NCBI GenBank assembly: GCA_016933635.1
Contig: JAFGAP010000034.1
Location: forward strand, 32,505-96,504
Direction: 5' to 3'
Origin: Kosmotogaceae bacterium
GTDB lineage: Bacteria; Thermotogota; Thermotogae; Petrotogales; Kosmotogaceae
DNA: 64,000 nucleotides
The translations under genes were made by a program, and so were the position numbers. Shown in pieces: positions 59,180 to 64,000 of the stretch. How positions within the stretch are numbered: the first letter of the stretch is position 1; each line of letters starts with the position of its first letter. The notes under the pieces were generated by a model. That model saw only the letters and a program-made list of their open reading frames with translations, did not search any database and had not been told where the DNA came from.

Positions 59180-59962
59180 GTGAGTGAAATGATCAATGAG
59201 AAGAGGATTTCTCAGTATTTGCGGATCTCAATGAATTCAATTTCTATTGACAGAATGTCGAGAGAGAACTTGAGAAGGGAGATGTACTACGACATCCGGA
59301 ACAGGGTTTTTGACAGTGGTATGGATGACCCTTTCAAGGTGTTAGGCTCCCCCAATGAGTATGCAGGGAGGTTTTTGGAAGAAAGGAAGCCGCTTTATCC
59401 AAAGGCACATTCAAGAGCTTCAGTTACCGGCCATAAGAGAAGTCTCTATGGATATGAGTATGTTTCAAAGAGTGCCATTGCCGGACTACCGATTGTTCAT
59501 GTTAATACCTGCCCCTTTGGGGTTGCTAAGGGGGTCATCGCAATTGGAAACATTGCAGTAGGCGTACTCTCCATTGGCGGTATCTCATTTGGTCTGTTAA
59601 GCTTTGGTGGATTAGCATTTTCCATTTTGTTTTCTGCCGGTGGAGTATCGTCTAGCCTGATATTCGCACTTGGTGGTCTTGCTTTCTCTTTGTACTTTGC
59701 GGCTGGAGGTCTTGCTGTTTCCTATGATCTTGCCCTTGGTGGAATGGCTATCGCCAGGAACTACGCGATTGGAGGCTTTTCAATGGCAAATGTTGCCGTT
59801 GGAGAAAATGCCAGAGGAGCTATCTCCATATATCAGCAGACAGGGGTTGGTGATTATCTTCTTAAATTACCGAAGACAGCTGATCAGATAATCGATTTCG
59901 TGACATCGAAAAAGGCAGAGATAAGCACTCTCTTTGAATGGATAGTAAGAATAATATATTGA
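59180..59962 (+). CDS. hypothetical membrane protein with Gly-rich hydrophobic repeats
   Basis: N-terminal helical region with LGSP motif; YEYVSK..GLPIVH; repeated GxxAxG/GG motifs. Confidence 0.7.
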   Translation: MSEMINEKRISQYLRISMNSISIDRMSRENLRREMYYDIRNRVFDSGMDDPFKVLGSPNEYAGRFLEERKPLYPKAHSRASVTGHKRSLYGYEYVSKSAIAGLPIVHVNTCPFGVAKGVIAIGNIAVGVLSIGGISFGLLSFGGLAFSILFSAGGVSSSLIFALGGLAFSLYFAAGGLAVSYDLALGGMAIARNYAIGGFSMANVAVGENARGAISIYQQTGVGDYLLKLPKTADQIIDFVTSKKAEISTLFEWIVRIIY

Positions 59963-60192
59963 CATTAAACTCTCTTTGAGAACTTTCGGCATTCAATTCG
60001 ATCGCGTGAACAGTCTCTTCAGAGAATCTAGCATACTTCTTGTGTGTCCGAAAGCGTCGCTATATGTTGCGAGTCTTGGCTTTCTTCGTATAACCATAGG
60101 GTCTAAGAATCTTTTCATATGGATGACATTTCCGAAAGACATTGATGTTAGCTATGATGTAAACTATTATCTGTTGGTCAGGGAGGTCAATT

Positions 60193-61494
60193 ATGATACA
60201 GAGATACGCGCTTTCACCCCTGAAAGACCTCTGGGAGCTTAGAGCCCAATATGAAAGATGGCTTGAAGTGGAGTTGGCTGTAGTGGCGGCCTACGAGAAG
60301 ACAGGATTTGTCCCTCAGGGCACACATGATAAGGTTGCATCGGTAGCAAGAGTGGATCTAGATTCAATACTGAAGATCGAAAGCCAAGTTGACCATGATG
60401 TAATAGCTTTCATCAAATCAGTGACACAAAATATGGGAGATGAGGCCAGATACTTTCATCTTGGACTTACTTCTTCCGATGTTGTAGACACAGCGCTTTC
60501 ACTTGCAATTACGGAGTCGGGAAAGCTCATAATTCATGCTTTGGAAAAACTCTCAGAGGCGTTGAAAGAGAGAGCGGTTGATTACAAAGATGTGGTTTGC
60601 ATGGGAAGGACACACGGCGTTCATGCAGAGCCGACTTCGTTTGGTTTAAAGCTTCTCTCCTTTTACGTGGAGATAAAGAGGGCAATAGATCGTCTAAAAA
60701 TGGCCACGGAGAATTGCGCGGTTGGGAAACTAAGTGGGGCAGTTGGAAACTACGCCAACATTTCACTTGAGATTGAGAGAATTGCTCTTGCGGAACTTGG
60801 TTTGAAACCAGCTGTTGTTTCAACTCAGATAGTACCGAGAGATGTCCACGCAGAATTTGTTGCGGCGCTTGCAATAGCTGCCTCGTCAATAGAGAGAATG
60901 GCAACCGAATTCAGGCATCTTCAGAAAACTGAGGTCCTGGAAGTTCAGGAACCTTTTAGAGAGGGTCAAAGAGGTTCTTCCGCAATGCCTCACAAGAAGA
61001 ATCCCATTATTTGCGAAAGACTTACAGGCATGGCGAGAATAGTCAGGGGTTATGTGCTGGCGTCACTAGAGGACATCTCTCTCTGGCATGAAAGAGACAT
61101 TTCACATTCCAGTGTAGAGAGGATAATTTTTCCCGACGCTACGATGCTTCTCTATTACATGGCTGAAAGGTCTGCCTATTTGGTTAGCAATCTTGTCGTA
61201 TATACAGACAGGATGATGGAGAACTTCAAGGCCTCTAGAAACCTGGTCTTCTCACAAAGGGTTATGTTGTCGCTTATTGACAGGGGTATGTCCAGGGAAG
61301 ACGCTTATAGATTAATTCAAGACCTCTCTATGAATTGCTGGGACAATGGACTGGATTTCAAAGAGGTGGTCTTATCAAGTGGAGAAATAGCTAAGTATCT
61401 TAATTCAAAAGAAGCAATACGGCTTTTTGAACCTGAGTATTATTTGAGAAACGTTGACCAAATATTCGAAAGAGCTTTTGATGGAGGTAACTAA
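60193..61494 (+). CDS. purB: adenylosuccinate lyase
   Basis: HLGLTSSD, GRTHGVHAEP, GSSAMPHKKNP, HERDISHSS. Confidence 0.97.
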   Translation: MIQRYALSPLKDLWELRAQYERWLEVELAVVAAYEKTGFVPQGTHDKVASVARVDLDSILKIESQVDHDVIAFIKSVTQNMGDEARYFHLGLTSSDVVDTALSLAITESGKLIIHALEKLSEALKERAVDYKDVVCMGRTHGVHAEPTSFGLKLLSFYVEIKRAIDRLKMATENCAVGKLSGAVGNYANISLEIERIALAELGLKPAVVSTQIVPRDVHAEFVAALAIAASSIERMATEFRHLQKTEVLEVQEPFREGQRGSSAMPHKKNPIICERLTGMARIVRGYVLASLEDISLWHERDISHSSVERIIFPDATMLLYYMAERSAYLVSNLVVYTDRMMENFKASRNLVFSQRVMLSLIDRGMSREDAYRLIQDLSMNCWDNGLDFKEVVLSSGEIAKYLNSKEAIRLFEPEYYLRNVDQIFERAFDGGN

Positions 61495-62748
61495 GTGAGG
61501 AAACTTGCCGTTGTTGGTGCCCAATGGGGCGATGAAGGAAAGGGAAAGGTGGTCAATTACTTTTCCGAAAATTTCGAGTGGATAGTCAGATTTTCAGGTG
61601 GTGCAAACGCCGGTCACACAATTTTTGTTGAGGACAAGAAATACGTAAACCATCTTTTGCCTTCGATCAATCCTCGTAGTTGTTCAAAGGGTTTTCTCGG
61701 TGCCGGAATGGTGATAGATGTGGAACAACTGATCGATGAACTGGAAACTCTGGAAGCGGACTTTCCCGGTATTTCAAGTAGATTCTATCTTGATCCTGAA
61801 GCATTTATGGTTCTTCCATGGCACAAAGAAGAGGACTTGTTCATAGAAGAAATGCGAAAGGTGCCAATAGGGACTACTGGAAAAGGAATAGGCCCTTCAT
61901 ACACCGACAAGGTCTCCAGGGAGGGGCTGAAGCTCTATGGTCTCTTTGATGAATCACTCTTGAAAGAAAGACTTGAAGCCATCTATCACATGAAAAGAAT
62001 GAAATACAACAGGGATTTCACCCTTTCATTTGGCGAAATGACAACCTATTTGGATAGACTCAAGACTAAGCTTGAAAGGCTCAGCGTCAATTTCACCAGT
62101 GCGGTAGACATGTTCAGGGTCTTCAGGAGTACTTCCATACTCTTTGAGGGAGCTCAAGGTGTCCTTCTAGATCTTGATTTCGGGACATACCCGTTTGTCA
62201 CTTCCGGAGCATGTATGGCTCACGGTGTATCGTCGGTGGGTTTTTCGACCTTCGAACTTGACAATGTATATGGGGTTCTCAAAGCCTACACGACTCGGGT
62301 GGGTTCCGGTCCCTTCCCAACCGAAGAGTTTTCTGAAGTGGGGGACCTCGTTCGCGAAAGAGGGAAGGAATATGGTGCAACAACGGGTAGAGCTCGAAGA
62401 GTTGGCTGGCTTGACCTTCCGGCACTCAGGTATGCAAGGATAAGGTCAGGGCTGACAGGCTTCGTCATCACTAAGGGTGATGTGTTAAACGGCTTGGATG
62501 AAGTAAAGGTTTGTGTGGCATATGATGTTGATGGAGTGGTAAAGGAAATGCCTTCAACTTCATTTGATTTCTTCAAAGCAAGGCCGATTTATGAAACTGT
62601 AAGCGGCTGGCCTTCCACTGATCATATTAACTTTCTAAAGTATATGACATTCATAGAAAGAGAAACCGGTGTGGAGATAGATTACATATCGTATGGTCCT
62701 AGAACAGAGGAAATGAAGACTAGAAACGACCTTATAATGAATATATAG
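61495..62748 (+). CDS. purA: adenylosuccinate synthetase
   Basis: GAQWGDEGKGK, GGANAGHT, EGAQG..LD.DFGTYPFVTS, GATTGRARRVGW. Confidence 0.97.
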   Translation: MRKLAVVGAQWGDEGKGKVVNYFSENFEWIVRFSGGANAGHTIFVEDKKYVNHLLPSINPRSCSKGFLGAGMVIDVEQLIDELETLEADFPGISSRFYLDPEAFMVLPWHKEEDLFIEEMRKVPIGTTGKGIGPSYTDKVSREGLKLYGLFDESLLKERLEAIYHMKRMKYNRDFTLSFGEMTTYLDRLKTKLERLSVNFTSAVDMFRVFRSTSILFEGAQGVLLDLDFGTYPFVTSGACMAHGVSSVGFSTFELDNVYGVLKAYTTRVGSGPFPTEEFSEVGDLVRERGKEYGATTGRARRVGWLDLPALRYARIRSGLTGFVITKGDVLNGLDEVKVCVAYDVDGVVKEMPSTSFDFFKARPIYETVSGWPSTDHINFLKYMTFIERETGVEIDYISYGPRTEEMKTRNDLIMNI

Positions 62749-62780
62749 CAAAAGTAATTGGGAAGGAAGGGAGGCAGAGG

Positions 62781-64000
62781 ATGGAAATAAAGCTGACGAA
62801 TACCATGTCAAGAAGGAAAGAGGTCTTCAAGCCCTTGAAGATGGGCGAGGTAGGAATATATACGTGTGGACTGACAGTGTATAATTTTGCCCATATTGGT
62901 AATCTTAGAGCTTACGTCTTTGCCGATACCCTCAAAAGGATGTTTCTTTTCAACGGCTATAAAGTAAGGCACGTAATGAACATAACTGATGTTGGCCATC
63001 TTACGGGAGACGAGGACGAAGGCGAAGACAAAATGGAAGCAGGTGCAAGACGCGAGGGTAAGACGGTTTGGGAAATTGTTGATTTCTATACGAAGGCTTT
63101 CTTCACAGATCTTGAAAGATTGAGGATCATTCTTCCAACTGTTACTTGCAGGGCGACCGAGCACGTGCAAGATATGATAGACATGATCCGTAAAATCGAA
63201 GCCAACGGCTACACCTACATAGCTGGCGGCAACGTCTACTTCGATACTTCAAAGCTTCGCGATTACGGAAAACTGGCAAGGCTCCAGCTTGATGAAGAGA
63301 AGATTCGTTCAAGAGTTGAGAGCGATCCCTTCAAGAAGAACCCCTTTGATTTCGTTTTGTGGTTCACTCGATACAAATATGAGAACCACGCAATGCAGTG
63401 GGATTCACCATGGGGTAGGGGCTTTCCCGGATGGCACATTGAATGTTCCGCGATGTCTTCAAAGTATCTTGGTGAGAGATTTGACATTCACACAGGTGGT
63501 ATTGATCACATTCCAGTTCATCATACGAATGAGATCGCTCAAAGTGAGGCGGCTTTTGGACATGAATGGGTGAACTTCTGGTTGCATTCGGAGTTTCTTG
63601 TCATTGGGGAAGGGGAAAAGATGTCTAAATCCCTTGGAAACTTCATTACTCTTCAGACTCTTCTTGACAGGGGCTACGAGCCCACAGATTATCGCTACTA
63701 TCTTCTTGGCGCCCATTACAAGAAGCAGTTGGCCTTTACAATGGAAGCTCTCGATGGCGCGAAGAGCGCCATGAAGAAACTTATCACTAGAATTGAGGAG
63801 CTAAGAGAATTGAATGAGTCAGAAGCCAGACCCGATGGTGATCTTATGAATGAATTTCATGAGGCTATAAATGATGATCTTAATACACCAAGAGCCCTCG
63901 CCGTTCTGTGGAAAGCCGTCGACAGCGAAGATCTTCGACCCGGTGAAAAGCTCTCCCTGATCGACAGATTCGATGAAGTTCTTGGCTTGGGCCTCTCTGA
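62781..64000 (+). CDS. cysS: cysteine--tRNA ligase (partial, runs off window)
   Basis: Manual translation MEIKLTNTMSRRKEVFKP..YTCGLTVYNFAHIGNLR; PGWHIECSAM, HTGGIDH, KMSKSLGN. Confidence 0.96.
   Translation, partial: MEIKLTNTMSRRKEVFKPLKMGEVGIYTCGLTVYNFAHIGNLRAYVFADTLKRMFLFNGYKVRHVMNITDVGHLTGDEDEGEDKMEAGARREGKTVWEIVDFYTKAFFTDLERLRIILPTVTCRATEHVQDMIDMIRKIEANGYTYIAGGNVYFDTSKLRDYGKLARLQLDEEKIRSRVESDPFKKNPFDFVLWFTRYKYENHAMQWDSPWGRGFPGWHIECSAMSSKYLGERFDIHTGGIDHIPVHHTNEIAQSEAAFGHEWVNFWLHSEFLVIGEGEKMSKSLGNFITLQTLLDRGYEPTDYRYYLLGAHYKKQLAFTMEALDGAKSAMKKLITRIEELRELNESEARPDGDLMNEFHEAINDDLNTPRALAVLWKAVDSEDLRPGEKLSLIDRFDEVLGLGLS

Noticed and set aside
59976-60242. 88-aa ORF upstream of purB
   Set aside because: No RBS, overlaps the purB start and probable promoter region
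1-64000. rRNA/tRNA genes, CRISPR arrays, IS elements, integrases, prophage or defence systems
   Set aside because: None recognised; intergenic spaces are short and the long ORFs have housekeeping, metabolic or envelope assignments

Overview
Gene-dense bacterial chromosomal window; gene content and protein style suggest an anaerobic Thermotogota member such as Mesotoga/Kosmotogaceae (inference, not database-checked). It holds a partial ABC-F ATPase, a TPR-like/SDR/M28-peptidase/putative outer-membrane protein run, xpt, an unannotated 41-aa stand-alone desulforedoxin, a dnaK-hsp20-clp operon behind a perfect sigma70 promoter, a protease/inhibitor-rich block (M24 peptidase, double chagasin I42 inhibitor, repeat-stalked S8 lipoprotein protease, VIT-VWA protein), two sugar ABC operons (one Gfo/Idh/MocA plus TIM-barrel isomerase; one rbs-like with an inserted BtpA/SgcQ gene), a TetR-regulated ABC exporter, a lysine-fermentation operon (kal-kce-kdd-kamA-maoC-kamB-kamC-kamD-kamE), manC-like, pepV, MATE, a CGGC protein, purB, purA and a partial cysS. 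No rRNA, tRNA, CRISPR array, transposase or prophage was seen. Best leads: a ClpC-type ATPase lacking the ClpP-docking loop in the DnaK/sHsp operon, the MaoC hydratase coupled inside the lysine operon, the free-standing desulforedoxin, and the BtpA-containing rbs operon. None is proven novel without database searches.
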